Positions 54,501 through 63,391 of a DNA stretch of 64,000 bases are shown here, in pieces. Position 1 is the first letter of the stretch. Each line of letters opens with the position of its first letter. Source of the stretch: Callorhinchus milii (taxonomy: Eukaryota); the NCBI RefSeq assembly GCF_018977255.1, contig NW_024704743.1, positions 18,292,001 through 18,356,000 of the forward strand, read 5' to 3'. The notes below the pieces were generated by a model. The model was given only the letters and a program-made list of their open reading frames with translations, was not told the origin of the DNA and ran no database searches. Position numbers and translations under genes: made by a program.

Positions 54501-57500
54501 TGCGCAGTTACAACTGTGATCACTTGTTTTCTTGAAACAATCTATTCCCAGGGCACGTGTGCCAGCAAATTTTCAGTTACAAAGGGTGGCATATGGGGGG
54601 GTACTTCACCTCAACATAGTCCAAGGAACAGTTAGATGCCAAATCCATGTGCGTGATGTTGAGATCAATGCGCTCCCCAGAGGGCTGACGGATAACATAG
54701 ATACATTGCACATTGCTGGGGTATGGATTAGGCCAGTTGGGGGAGATGATAATCCACTCACTCTCTGTGTATATTCCTCCACAGCCAGTGTCAACTATTT
54801 GTTAGAAAAACACAAGAACAACTGTTAGTCCAACCATTTGTGCTGAGTCGTGCACAAAGGCCATTTGTTAGGGTGTTGGTTATTTTTACACTCCTTCCAA
54901 ACTCTTCACTTGTAGCAGTGGTGAAAACTATTGAATAACTGGTTACTTCAGTATACTGTACACATTTTAATGCAGACAAATCTGAGCTTATATATTTTGG
55001 GAGGAAGAATAAGGACAGACATATGTTGGATGGTAAAATATTAAAAAGAGTGGAAGAGCAAAGGATCTTGAAGGTTAATGTACATAAATCCTTATAAAGG
55101 GAAGGCAGTGACAAAGCTTTGAAAAAAAACTAATGCAATTTAGGTTTCAAAACAGGGATATAGAATATAAAAGCAAAGAGGTAATGCCAAAAGTCTATAA
55201 ATCATGATTCGGGGATGAGTGGCTTGGTTTATGAGCTGAGATTCGAAGAACTGGGGCTTTTACCGCTGAACGGAGGGGTGTCCTGATAGAGGTCTTTAAA
55301 ATGATCAGGGGTTTCGATAGTCAAGTGGGAGAAATGATTCCACGGGTCGATGAGTCAGTAACTAGAAAGCATCAATTTAAAATAGTTAGTAAACAAGCAA
55401 ATGTGAAGGTGGGAAGAAATGTTTTCATTCACAGAGCAGTTAGGATATGGAATGCCCTGCCAGGAATGGTAGTTGAGCAGAATCCATATTGGCCTTCAAG
55501 AGGGAACTGAACAGAATCAACTTCAGGAGTGTGAGGAAAAGGCAGGTAAGTAGGACTGATTCTGTTTGACTTGTTTATTGCTACTTCTCACACTGTTTGG
55601 ATGTGGTGAGCAACGTTCTTGTGATACGCATCTCATCCAAATCTGCGTTCATCGCTGGTAAACTCACAATCTCAGTCAGAAACCACAACAGAGCTGCAAT
55701 AAACAGAAAGTTTGCACTGGTGCAGTATCCTGCCCTATCTAGCGGTTGGGGGTAAAGATTGACCACTGTGGCATTAAGCGGGCCAACAATCTAAATAATA
55801 TGAGAGGGTAATAATGATAGAGTAAAAATGTGGTAAGTAACATCAGTCTACAGGATAAAAATCATGATACCCATTTACATGGTGACACCAAAAATTGTGA
55901 TCCAATGCAAATACAAGTGCTCACACGGTAAGGGGAGTCTGCAATATGGTCTCCTCCTTCAAAGGCTGCAGTTTGAGTACTTACGCGGTGATGTGATGTA
56001 CACAATGCTAAACCCTCGGTCACTGATATTTCCATCACTGTGGAAATGGATCCGTGCAAAGGGGCCAGTTGTCACCAGCGGGGCAGGTGTCTCGACAGTG
56101 CTACAGTACTTTTGAAGAGAAGGATCATCTTGATGCAGACCATCTTGAATCTAAAGCAAAGTATAGTATACATGCAATGAGCACTATGACTTTACTATGT
56201 CTGGTAGTTTGTTATTTTACCTACCATATTAATAATCTTTGCATTTGATGTGCTCCTTATGTCTTCGACAACAGCAGCAAACCAGATATATAACATACAT
56301 ATAAATAGGAGACAGATACACACCAAAGCCCCACACATATAAAATAGGGCTTTGGTCAGGCTCCATCTTGAACACTGCATACAGTTCTGGTCACCGAAGC
56401 CCATATAGAGCCAATACAACGATGATCCCAATGTTAGAGGGATAAACGATGAGGAATAACTCAAATAATCTAGGGCATTTCAGCTGTGAAAAGAGACATC
56501 TCAAGAGACACACACGCAAATTAAAGAAGAACACTAACAAAGTAAATAAAATGAACCAAACTGCAAATCAACAGCATTACATTTTTAGAGCGCCTTTCAC
56601 ATTGGCGCAAGGTGCAGGACAGACAGAGTTACGGACCCGAGACCCCACGTTTCTGGACTGGCTCAGTGAGGTGGAGTGTGCAACCGTGGATGGTGATGCT
56701 GTCAATGCCTGAGGTGAGGAGGCGCTGATGGAAGCCAATCAGGAGAGCCTCGGTCTTGTTGACGTTCAACTGAAGAAAGTTAAATCTCATCCAGGACTTG
56801 ATGTCTGACAGACATTCTGTCAGGACAGCAGTAGTCCTGGAATCAAGGGTGGAGGCAGAGATAGAGTTGGGTGTCATCCGCATATATGTGGAAGTTGACT
56901 CCATGTCTACGGCTGATGTCCCCAAGAGGGAGCGTATAGGTATTGAAATCAAGCACTCATTATAAACATAAGAACAATACACATCTTGTGATGTAGCAGT
57001 AAACATTACATGTGAATCCTCACATCTATTTACAGTATCAATTACCTCCAAGAAATCACTGTTGCAAGTGTCATGGTTTTCGATATTTAGCAATCCAAAT
57101 GTAAATGTTATCACCAGGTTGGTCGGCACAGAAATGGTCCAATAGCAGTCCCTGTTGGGGGGGTAGTTGCCTGGGTAACCCGGGGAGTTAATAATTCCAC
57201 GTGTTTCATTAAAATGACCCCCACACTCTGAAAGAGTAACAGTGGAGATGTTACAGAAGCATAATGAGTTAGAATCATAGCGCAAAAGAGAAACATTCGG
57301 CCCATGAGTCTGCAAAGGCTCTCAGAGCAAGATGTCCATTTAATTTCACTGCTCCACCTTATCCCCACATCACCTTTATCTTTCATGTACCAGTCTATTT
57401 CCATCTTGAATGGAAAGCTTGCCAGGCAGTGCTTTCAATGGCAAGCTATGCAACTCCATCAGTTACCCCAATGCACACTCTGGGATCCTCAAGTGTTGGT

Positions 57501-60500
57501 TCTTGACAACTTGCGTCTAATTAGGTAAGGAGGTTGTGTCTCTACAGGGAGAGAGTGGGTATTTGATTCCAACAAATATCTCTGTATTTATCATGTATTG
57601 GCGGTATACATGGAATTCTCAATTTGGTTTGGATACACTAAAACATGGTGATGGGTGTCAGACATCCGGCTGATCAAAAATAAAATCCACGTAAAATGTA
57701 GCCCTGTTACAATGCCTATTGCCATATTGTGGCCAATTTACCAACAGGGTGTGGATTCCATACACTTCTTCTTTAGAATCCTGTATACCTCTATAAGCAG
57801 CCCTTTGAAACATGTCTTTTCAAGGTTGAAGAAACGATCCAATCTGTTCTTCACAGATCATCACAGTTGCTCTCCTCTGCATTATAACTAAGGCCTGGGC
57901 AGCTCTCTATGTCAAAAGGGGAAAACCTGTAGGCAGTGCTCCAGGTGTGGCCTGACTGGATCACTGTACACTGAGTAAGATACCGGTGGGGGTGGAGGGG
58001 TGGTGGGGGGAGGGTGGCAGGAGGGTGGTCTGAAATTCTCTTGTGTTGTCCCCATTTCTCATAAACCAATGATCCTGATCCAGAAATGATACAGACTCAC
58101 CAGGATCTGTTGACTCCCAGACAACGGTGAACCCATCCTTCACCACCGAATGATCAGAGGAGAACCAGAGGTACAAGGAATTATGAGAGCTGATGATCTC
58201 CTCCGGGATGGTGTTGCCACAATAGCTGCCAATTCTGTTGCTTGAAAGCGAATCTCCGTCACGAACTTCCAGAAAATCAGAAACGCAACCTGTACTTTCC
58301 TCCAGCTGGAATAGTGGGAAAGTAATCCGGAGAACCTGCAGGGGAGAAAAAGGGGATCAACTGCATACCGTGTGGCATTATTACTGTTGCAGTAAGTACT
58401 TGGAGGTGCTCGAAAGGGCCAGAGAGAACACAGATTTTTCACTTCTTTGCCAGATAATGGTTTAAAAATATTTTGGAAGGATTGAAGTTTGTAGGCATTT
58501 GCCTACAAAATACACAGTCACTACACATTACAGTAAATCCTGTGCAGCGGTTTGAGATGTACCTCGCAATGTGAAACGCACTATATAAATGTAAACTGTA
58601 TTAGATTAAATTCTCTCACAAATATACAGTCAATTCACTTCAGAGCATATTCTGTGAAGCGCTTTGAGATGTCTAGAAGATGTGAAAAGAGTTATGTCAA
58701 ATGCAAGGATTATTATTATTATAGATTAACTTCAAGGCTTTTTATTATAAATTAAGATAACTATTCTATATAACAACAGCAAAGTTACATTTGTGTAGCA
58801 CCTTTCACGTCGGGAGGACACCTGAAGGCGCTGGACAGTCAGTGTTTTGGACCAAGCTGGGGGTTTGGATTGGTGAGGGTAAGGGGAAGCAGGGTGTTCG
58901 AAAGCATGGTTGAAGAGGAGGGTTTTGAGATGGGTCTTGAAGGAGGCAAGGAAGGTGGCGAGGCGGAGGAACTGCGGGATGGAGTTCCAGAGGGTCAGGG
59001 CAGAGTGATAGAAGGCCTGCCCGCCAATGGTGGGGCTGGCGAGTGGGGGGGAAGTGAGAGAGTAGGCAGGAAGGTAGGGTGTTAGGAGGTCCCAGATGTA
59101 AGGGGAGCAAGGCCATGGAGGGCTTTGAAAGTGAGGACCAGGATCTTGAACTGTATCCTCTGAGGGATGGGAAGCCAGTGAAGTCAAGCGAGGATGGGGC
59201 TGATAGTGTCACGGAGCCTGGTGCAGGAGAGGATACGGGCTGCAGAGTTCTGGATGATCTGCAGCCTATGGAGGAAGGAGTTGGGGAGGCTGACAAGCAA
59301 GGAGGTTGCAGTCAAGCCTCGAAGTTTTGAATTATGAAAATATACATTTATAACGATATAAATATTATGAGGGTCGAACAGGATGCCAAGGTTCTGGATT
59401 GGCTTAGTAAGGTGGAGTGTTCATAAATGCTAGATTAGCATTTATAGCAGTAGGAATTTACAGAATAGCATTTAAATGCTAGAATAGCATTTGTATAGAA
59501 TAGTTGTTATTGTAACCAACTTGGTACCTCATTGGGAGAAAATATAGGAGGATTATAGTTATTTGGTTTGAACTTGGACCAGATTTGAAGCTGCCCTCCT
59601 GACCCCACTCCAGCCTTTTCAATATTGGAATGGCGCTGGCTGGATTTTAGCATATTGATTACAGGTGGGTTTTTGAATCCTAGCTATTGAATAGCTTTTT
59701 AATTCTAATTCTTTATTGCAAAATAATTATTAAGTCACTTCCTGGTAGGAAGTGCCAAATTTGTGCTCTCTGTGGGCCAATCAAACTTTAATAAAAAATT
59801 CTCCTTTGAGTGCTGGCCAACAATAACCAAAAAAAATGGTTATTTACCTTGCGACTATTTGGCGGACCGAGCTTGTGCAAATGAGAGCTAAAGTTGCTTA
59901 TTTGACAATAGCAACAACAATTTACGGTCATGAAGAATCTTTCATGTCTGACGAGAAAATATCTCAAAGCACTTCACACGGCTGAGTGGAAGCCCGAGGC
60001 TGTGGAGCTGGAAGCATGGTTGAAAAAAAAAGGGTATGAAAGCAGCCTCTAAAGGTGGAGAGGAAAGGGAACAAGGCAGAGGGACTCTGGGATGGAGTGC
60101 CATAGAGTGGGAGTAGAATAACTGAAAGCTCACAAAGCAAGGCTGATGGGCGGGGGTCATGAAGCAGGGTAGGGAACATGTCGCAGCCCAGTGTTCGCCA
60201 AGTGGTGGGAGTGATCAGGGCAGTAGGGTTGCAGGAGGCCATATAGGGAGAGTGGGGTGAAATTGTGGAGGGATTTGAGCATGAGGAATAATTACTTGTG
60301 AGCACTACGAGTCCTTTTATAACACAGTAACCCAATCAAATGACATACTTTGTCAAGATCTGTTGTGATGACCCAGACACAGTTGACCTCAATACCATAT
60401 TGCTCTTTTCCATCGGGATAGCTGAAAGTACCGTTTAATCCTGACAGCCTTTTACCACAGACTGTTGGAACACAAAGACAATCCGTATGTTACTTCATAT

Positions 60501-63078
60501 GGTTTGCATTACATAGGAGAGAACATGAAAAAACATAGGACATGAAAATATGCTCAGAAAGAAATAGTAATAACAGTGTAGCCATACAGCTCCATTGTGG
60601 TTCATTCAACAAATTGATTGAATTTGTTTGGAAGGATTTGGAGCAACAATAAATAACAGAATCTATGTCTGTTCACCTATAAAATATCCATTCACTCCAC
60701 TTTGCAGTGTATCCTGTGAATCGCTTTAAGATGTCCTCCTAAAGTGAATGGCGCTATATCATACGCAAGATCTCATGACACTATTCGAAAAGAGAAGGGA
60801 GTTTCTCCTGGTGTCCTGATCAAAAGCCCCTAAGTAAAATTGATCACTCAGTCCATGGCTGTTACCCCAGAGAATTGATTTCAAGATCCTCATCCACACC
60901 TATAAGGCCATTCACGGCCTCGCTCCCTCCTACCTCTCTGACCTACTATCCCCCTACCTACCTGCCCGTACCCTCCGTTCCTCCGGCTCCGGTCTGCTCC
61001 ACGTCCCCCGCCCCAATCGCCCTACCATCGGTGGTCGGGCCTTCAGTCTCTCAGCCCCCAGGCTCTGGAACTCCATCCCCCAGTGCCTTCGCCTTGCTTC
61101 CTCCCTCTCCTCCTTCAAGGCGGGTCTCAAAACCTTTCTCTTTGACCGAGCCTTCAGCTCCCCTCTCGACTCTCTTCCCCCTCCTCGCTCCCTCCCTTCC
61201 CTCCCCTCACCCTGACCATTTCCCCCTCCTCGCTCCCTCCCTTCCCTCCCCTCACCCTGACCATTTCCCCCCTGCTCGGGTCCTGACCCAACTGTGCAGC
61301 GCCTTGGGACGTCCTCCTGACGTGAAAGGCGCTTTATAAATGGAATCTTGTTGTTGTTGTTGTTTGTGGGACTTTGCTGTGTGCAACTGGTTAATGCTTT
61401 CGCTCACAAAATACACAGCTAATTCAATTTACAGTATATCCTTTGAAGCGCTTTGTCTCAAAGATGTGATAAGGTGCTGTATCAAAGGCAAGATTATTAA
61501 TATTTATCATCATCCATGTTTGAAAGGAGAAATTTTGGACAGCTGATATGATTTAAATGGAAGCCAGATGCAATTTTTGGAGTTGTAATAACTATCACAC
61601 CACATTAGTCTCTTCCACAGGACAAAAAAAGTTTATAGAAAAGAGCTGAGAAGTTATGTTTACTTTAAAAATAAACAAAGTCATCTATGCTGAGTTCAAG
61701 AGATGGTCAGATTGAACTTTAAATCCCAGTTTATTTTTTTATAATACCATCAATGTGCTGTTTGCTAAACTGTAATATATGAAATAATTATAATGTGGTG
61801 GTGGTGGAGGGGCAGGGAAGATGATCTATGATTCTCTGAACAGAGCATTGTGCAATTTGAAAAAAAAGTCTCAACAGAATTTGCAGAATTCTAGAAATGA
61901 AAATTGCAGTATTCCTAAACACATTCCGTTGCCTATTGAAGTTTGGAAATACCACCCTCCCCAACTTCTGGTAACGTCCAAACTTGGCTGCAAAGGTCTC
62001 AGTGACCACTCTCTTGGATTCATGTTTAACTGAGAATGTTTGACTGTGTCTAAGAAACAACTTGAGGCCTGTAATGAGAGGACGCTAGAGCAGGTATTTT
62101 GAAATGATGACAATCATCAATTTGAGGGTTTAGCTGGTTAACTCCAGCAGTACCCCAACGCACACTCTGGGGTCCCCAAGCCTTGGCTCTTGCCGACCTG
62201 CGCCTAATGCTTTATGGAATTAGGTAAGCAGGATGCGTCCCTTTAGGGAGAGAGTGCGTATTCCAATAATCTATCTCTGGAATATCCATGTTTGGGTGGG
62301 ACGTATGGAATTCTCAGCTTGGTTTGGATACTCTTAAGTACGGTGATGGGTTTGCACATGTGTCAGCAATCCAGCTGACCAAAAAAAAATTGCATTTATA
62401 TAATTGGATTGAAGGGGCTTCTTCACCTGAACCTTTCTTATGAACTCAATTAAATTAGGGCAAGGCCCCCTTAAAAAGCCCAGAGACAACATTGTCAGAA
62501 CTTGCAAGTGGCAATGAAACCCTTGTGCTGGTTGGACTTGAACTGAATTAACCCAGTATTCCTTGAAGAAGATAATCTGTCAGCTCATTTCAGAGTTGCC
62601 ATTATTCAGATGTCAGATGGAGAGATGGTATTTCAAAACACATTTAAACAGTGCTCCTTACATACAGGACAGAATGAATTTAGCATGAAGTCAAATACTG
62701 CAATTTGACTTCATACGGTTAATCAGAGCTAATTTACAAAATAACTTTATTTAATCTTCACGTACTAACACACACACTTGCCTTCACACAACAAGAAAAA
62801 ATGCATTTATATAGAACATTTCATGTTGGAATGATGTCCCAAGGCACGAGACAGTCAAGGGTTTTGCACACACGCAGTCTTATTCTTTTACCTTCTTGTT
62901 CTATCTGGCACTGCGGGCCTGTCCATTCAGCTGGGCAACGACAGAAGTATCCATTGACATGATCACTGCAGGTTCCACCATTCTGGCAGGGGTTACTGGC
63001 ACATTCATTAGTGTTCTGATCACAGTTGATCCCAGTCCATCCTGGATGGCAGATACACTCATAACCTAAAGACCCTCC
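350..63078 (-). CDS. CUBN: Cubilin, partial multi-exon gene (27 exons, human exon 12-38 equivalents; EGF7/8 to CUB13). The gene continues beyond both window edges.
   Basis: EGF repeats followed by a long tandem CUB array. Many exon lengths (187,113,235,182,179,166,131,157,175,129,133,206) match the human CUBN structure as recalled. Motifs include [23 protein letters not shown] and NCNWTIQAT. Confidence 0.97.
1818..2023 (-). CDS. CUBN: CUBN exon 37-equivalent (CUB12 C-part)
   Basis: 206 nt; [32 protein letters not shown]...[11 protein letters not shown]...GFKATFSH. Confidence 0.95.
2230..2362 (-). CDS. CUBN: CUBN exon 36-equivalent (CUB12 N-part)
   Basis: 133 nt; [44 protein letters not shown]. 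Confidence 0.95.
3479..3607 (-). CDS. CUBN: CUBN exon 35-equivalent (CUB11 end)
   Basis: 129 nt; [43 protein letters not shown]. Confidence 0.95.
3960..4975 (+). mobile_element. L2-type LINE remnant, internally deleted
   Basis: Degenerate ORF2 C-terminus [17 protein letters not shown]...[23 protein letters not shown]; tail gaaaggcgctttacaaatg. Confidence 0.85.
5141..5254 (-). CDS. CUBN: CUBN exon 34-equivalent (CUB11 middle)
   Basis: 114 nt; [38 protein letters not shown]; not in the ORF track. Confidence 0.94.
6993..7361 (-). mobile_element. tRNA-derived SINE, long subfamily
   Basis: tRNA head with box A/B, about 60-nt central insert, L2-like tail ending (ATT)n. Confidence 0.85.
7725..7841 (-). 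CDS. CUBN: CUBN exon 33-equivalent (CUB11 first part)
   Basis: 117 nt; [39 protein letters not shown]. Confidence 0.94.
7952..8108 (-). CDS. CUBN: CUBN exon 32-equivalent (CUB10 C-half), GC donor
   Basis: 157 nt; [23 protein letters not shown]...GFRAQFNQ; donor AG|gcaagt. Confidence 0.92.
8160..8660 (-). repeat. Unclassified poly(A)-tailed interspersed repeat (family X) copy
   Basis: Reverse complement aligns with copies at 10020-10610 and 62125-62390; T-run at 8161. Confidence 0.7.
10020..10612 (+). repeat. Unclassified poly(A)-tailed interspersed repeat (family X), longest copy
   Basis: Shared blocks gtcagaattgagtcaaccctct, tttagctgg, gaattagataagc; ends in an A-run. Confidence 0.7.
12780..13100 (+). 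mobile_element. Decayed Deu-domain SINE
   Basis: ggtgccatccttcgaatgagatattaaacc...ccctggccaacattcccc resembles the Deu core. Confidence 0.6.
13195..14040 (-). mobile_element. L2-type LINE remnant interrupted by a SINE
   Basis: Purine-rich antisense L2 ORF2 C-terminal sequence; tail near 13200. Confidence 0.7.
13502..13739 (+). mobile_element. Young tRNA(Ala)-derived SINE, short subfamily, 3'-truncated
   Basis: TAGCTCAGTGG box A; GTTCAATTCC box B; anticodon arm ctcgc-tttgcaa-gcgag; close to the copies at 38862 and 51131. Confidence 0.88.
14682..14863 (-). CDS. CUBN: CUBN exon 31-equivalent (CUB10 N-half)
   Basis: 182 nt; [35 protein letters not shown]...CDSAYIA. Confidence 0.95.
15900..16682 (+). 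mobile_element. L2-type LINE 3' fragment nested in a CR1 3' end
   Basis: [11 protein letters not shown]...[13 protein letters not shown]...[18 protein letters not shown]...[10 protein letters not shown]; tail gaaaggcgctatacaaatg. Confidence 0.88.
16876..17050 (-). CDS. CUBN: CUBN exon 30-equivalent (CUB9 C-half)
   Basis: 175 nt; [19 protein letters not shown]...[11 protein letters not shown]. Confidence 0.95.
18433..20060 (-). mobile_element. CR1 LINE remnant (reverse transcriptase, C-terminus, 3' UTR)
   Basis: [61 protein letters not shown] with stops and frameshifts; terminal TTCTTA(A/C)G repeats near 18435. Confidence 0.92.
20392..20573 (-). CDS. CUBN: CUBN exon 29-equivalent (CUB9 N-half)
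   Basis: 182 nt; [30 protein letters not shown]...[14 protein letters not shown]. Confidence 0.95.
21040..21255 (+). mobile_element. CR1 3' UTR fragment, same family as 18433-18620, opposite orientation
   Basis: ttggatagttttcttttaggaaataaca...ttcttatcttatgttctt. Confidence 0.7.
24023..24534. mobile_element. Decayed MITE-like palindromic element
   Basis: Imperfect TIRs: gatctaaactttgctga versus revcomp gatccaaattcagcactga; internal inverted similarity. Confidence 0.45.
26760..27105 (+). mobile_element. CR1 3' fragment
   Basis: Degenerate FF-RVV-W...FKKRLD end followed by a typical 3' UTR. Confidence 0.65.
28232..28394 (-). CDS. CUBN: CUBN exon 28-equivalent (CUB8 C-half)
   Basis: 163 nt; [54 protein letters not shown]. 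Confidence 0.93.
28618..29045 (+). mobile_element. Deu-domain tRNA SINE (SacSINE1/AmnSINE1-like)
   Basis: ggctcagttgg...gagtcagaaggttgtgggttcaag head, Deu-like core, tail gaagcgctttgagacgt. Confidence 0.75.
30736..30926 (-). CDS. CUBN: CUBN exon 27-equivalent (CUB8 N-half)
   Basis: 191 nt; [64 protein letters not shown]. Confidence 0.94.
31399..31555 (-). CDS. CUBN: CUBN exon 26-equivalent (CUB7 C-half)
   Basis: 157 nt; [52 protein letters not shown]; not in the ORF track. Confidence 0.94.
31650..32095 (-). mobile_element. L2-type LINE 3' fragment
   Basis: [27 protein letters not shown]; (CAA)n tail on the plus strand. Confidence 0.85.
34308..34489 (-). CDS. CUBN: CUBN exon 25-equivalent (CUB7 N-half)
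   Basis: 182 nt; [30 protein letters not shown]...CSYDYLA. Confidence 0.95.
35040..35458 (+). mobile_element. CR1 3' fragment
   Basis: [26 protein letters not shown]...[13 protein letters not shown] gggccgaatggcct...ttctatgattctat. Confidence 0.85.
35680..36096 (+). mobile_element. L2-type LINE 3' fragment inserted in a family X repeat
   Basis: L2 ORF end plus tail gaaaggcgctatacaattg...(TTG)n; the flanks rejoin as family X. Confidence 0.85.
37376..37533 (-). CDS. CUBN: CUBN exon 24-equivalent (CUB6 C-part)
   Basis: 158 nt; [52 protein letters not shown]. Confidence 0.94.
38862..39173 (-). mobile_element. Young tRNA-derived SINE, short subfamily, full length
   Basis: Box A/B head and (ATT)n tail; close to the copy at 51131-51453. 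Confidence 0.88.
39330..40480 (-). mobile_element. Decayed CR1 fragments, two partly redundant pieces
   Basis: The segment gaccag(a/t)attgtatgc(a/t)gtactcaaggtgc occurs twice (about 39815 and 40143); KANRILSYI motif. Confidence 0.65.
41300..41705 (+). mobile_element. Deu-domain tRNA SINE
   Basis: gagtcagaag...ggttcaagccc head; ccgcctttcgatgagattttaaactgaggtccc core. Confidence 0.72.
41940..42114 (-). CDS. CUBN: CUBN exon 23-equivalent (CUB6 N-part)
   Basis: 175 nt; [59 protein letters not shown]. Confidence 0.94.
42185..42606 (-). mobile_element. Deu-domain tRNA SINE, decayed
   Basis: cttgaacccacaaccttctgactcagagg...gctaccaactgag is the antisense head. Confidence 0.7.
43216..43283. repeat. 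Imperfect (CA)n microsatellite
   Basis: acacacgcacgcaca...cacacacacaca. Confidence 0.8.
45019..45340 (-). mobile_element. tRNA-derived SINE, long subfamily, nested in an older Deu SINE (about 44900-45430)
   Basis: Box A/B head, central ctgtttacctagcagtaaatagg block; the older SINE head resumes at about 45365-45425. Confidence 0.85.
46435..46850 (+). mobile_element. Deu-domain tRNA SINE, best-preserved copy
   Basis: ggctcagttggtaggactctc...gtgctgcattgtcggaggtgc...gtggacgttaaagatcccatg...ggtgtcctggccaac. Confidence 0.8.
47811..47941 (-). CDS. CUBN: CUBN exon 22-equivalent (CUB5 C-part)
   Basis: 131 nt, starts in phase 2; [43 protein letters not shown]; not in the ORF track. Confidence 0.94.
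48766..48990 (-). CDS. CUBN: CUBN exon 21-equivalent (CUB5 N-part), with an apparent 1-nt deletion
   Basis: 225 nt (226 needed for phase 1 to 2); [30 protein letters not shown]...LEYHENCT, then frame change, then [19 protein letters not shown]. Confidence 0.92.
49331..49813. repeat. 123-bp inverted repeat (49331-49453 / 49691-49813)
   Basis: Gap-free hand alignment, 103/123 identical. Confidence 0.9.
49849..50014 (-). CDS. CUBN: CUBN exon 20-equivalent (CUB4 C-half)
   Basis: 166 nt; [22 protein letters not shown]...[22 protein letters not shown]. Confidence 0.95.
50818..50996 (-). CDS. CUBN: CUBN exon 19-equivalent (CUB4 N-half)
   Basis: 179 nt; [29 protein letters not shown]...NCTHDYVE. 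Confidence 0.95.
51131..51453 (-). mobile_element. Young tRNA(Ala)-derived SINE, short subfamily, full length
   Basis: Box A/B, TGC anticodon loop, L2-like tail and (ATT)n. Confidence 0.88.
52803..52959 (-). CDS. CUBN: CUBN exon 18-equivalent (CUB3 C-half)
   Basis: 157 nt; [52 protein letters not shown]. Confidence 0.94.
54610..54794 (-). CDS. CUBN: CUBN exon 17-equivalent (CUB3 N-half)
   Basis: 185 nt; [62 protein letters not shown]. Confidence 0.93.
54950..55570 (+). mobile_element. Decayed CR1 3' fragment
   Basis: [12 protein letters not shown]...[20 protein letters not shown]. Confidence 0.75.
55985..56150 (-). CDS. CUBN: CUBN exon 16-equivalent (CUB2 C-half)
   Basis: 166 nt; [55 protein letters not shown]; gtaagt donor. 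Confidence 0.94.
56565..56940 (-). mobile_element. L2-type LINE RT fragment fused to the tail
   Basis: Frameshifted ADDTQLY motif, [27 protein letters not shown]. Confidence 0.8.
57046..57227 (-). CDS. CUBN: CUBN exon 15-equivalent (CUB2 N-half)
   Basis: 182 nt; [30 protein letters not shown]...CNSDFLE. Confidence 0.95.
58101..58335 (-). CDS. CUBN: CUBN exon 14-equivalent (CUB1 C-half)
   Basis: 235 nt; [28 protein letters not shown]...[41 protein letters not shown]. Confidence 0.95.
58772..59320 (-). mobile_element. L2-type LINE 3' fragment
   Basis: [18 protein letters not shown]...[10 protein letters not shown]; same family as 15900-16682. Confidence 0.87.
60349..60461 (-). CDS. CUBN: CUBN exon 13-equivalent (CUB1 N-half)
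   Basis: 113 nt, [42 protein letters not shown]; not in the ORF track. Confidence 0.93.
60858..61362 (+). mobile_element. Young L2-type LINE 3' fragment inserted in a SINE
   Basis: [25 protein letters not shown]...; CpG-rich; (TTG)n tail. Confidence 0.88.
61181..61270. repeat. Perfect 45-bp tandem duplication within the L2 3' UTR
   Basis: ctcctcgctccctcccttccctcccctcaccctgaccatttcccc, two copies. Confidence 0.92.
62125..62390 (+). repeat. Family X repeat, 5'-truncated, well preserved
   Basis: gggtttagctgg...ggaattaggtaagc...cagctgacc followed by A9. Confidence 0.75.
62892..63078 (-). CDS. CUBN: CUBN exon 12-equivalent (EGF7 end + EGF8)
   Basis: 187 nt, AG/GT flanks; [37 protein letters not shown]...GPQCQIEQE. 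Confidence 0.95.
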
Positions 63079-63254
63079 CTGTAGATAGCAGGGTTTTATT
63101 ACAGAGGTCAACGTGAATAAAACACCAGAGAAAACTATAGCTGCAAAGAATTCTACAGAAGAAAAACTATTCAACAGCCAGATTTTGTAACATCTATGAT
63201 GTATATACAGTCAAATCTGTTTAAGCAGCCATCTCCATTCAAGATACACCCCTG

Positions 63255-63391
63255 TTAACTATCCTCCTACCTCTCTGCCTTCCCTCATCCTGCCCCCTCA
63301 CGCTTGGGTCCTGATCCCGACTGTTCGGCGCCTTCGGACGTCCTCCCGACGTGAAAGGGGCTTTACAAGTGTCATTTTGTTGTTGTTGTTA
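63255..63391 (+). mobile_element. L2-type LINE tail
   Basis: gcgccttcggacgtcctcccgacgtgaaagg...(TTG)n. Confidence 0.8.

Noticed and set aside
56629..57315. 228-aa ORF suggesting a CUB-reverse transcriptase fusion
   Set aside because: Read-through from exon 57046-57227 past its GT donor into an intronic L2 fragment; normal splicing restores CUB2.
350..63078. Other CUB/EGF genes (tolloid/BMP1, CSMD, neuropilin) or an old pseudogene
   Set aside because: Thirteen uninterrupted CUBs after EGF repeats fits cubilin; there is only one lesion in 4.5 kb of CDS and all splice sites are intact.
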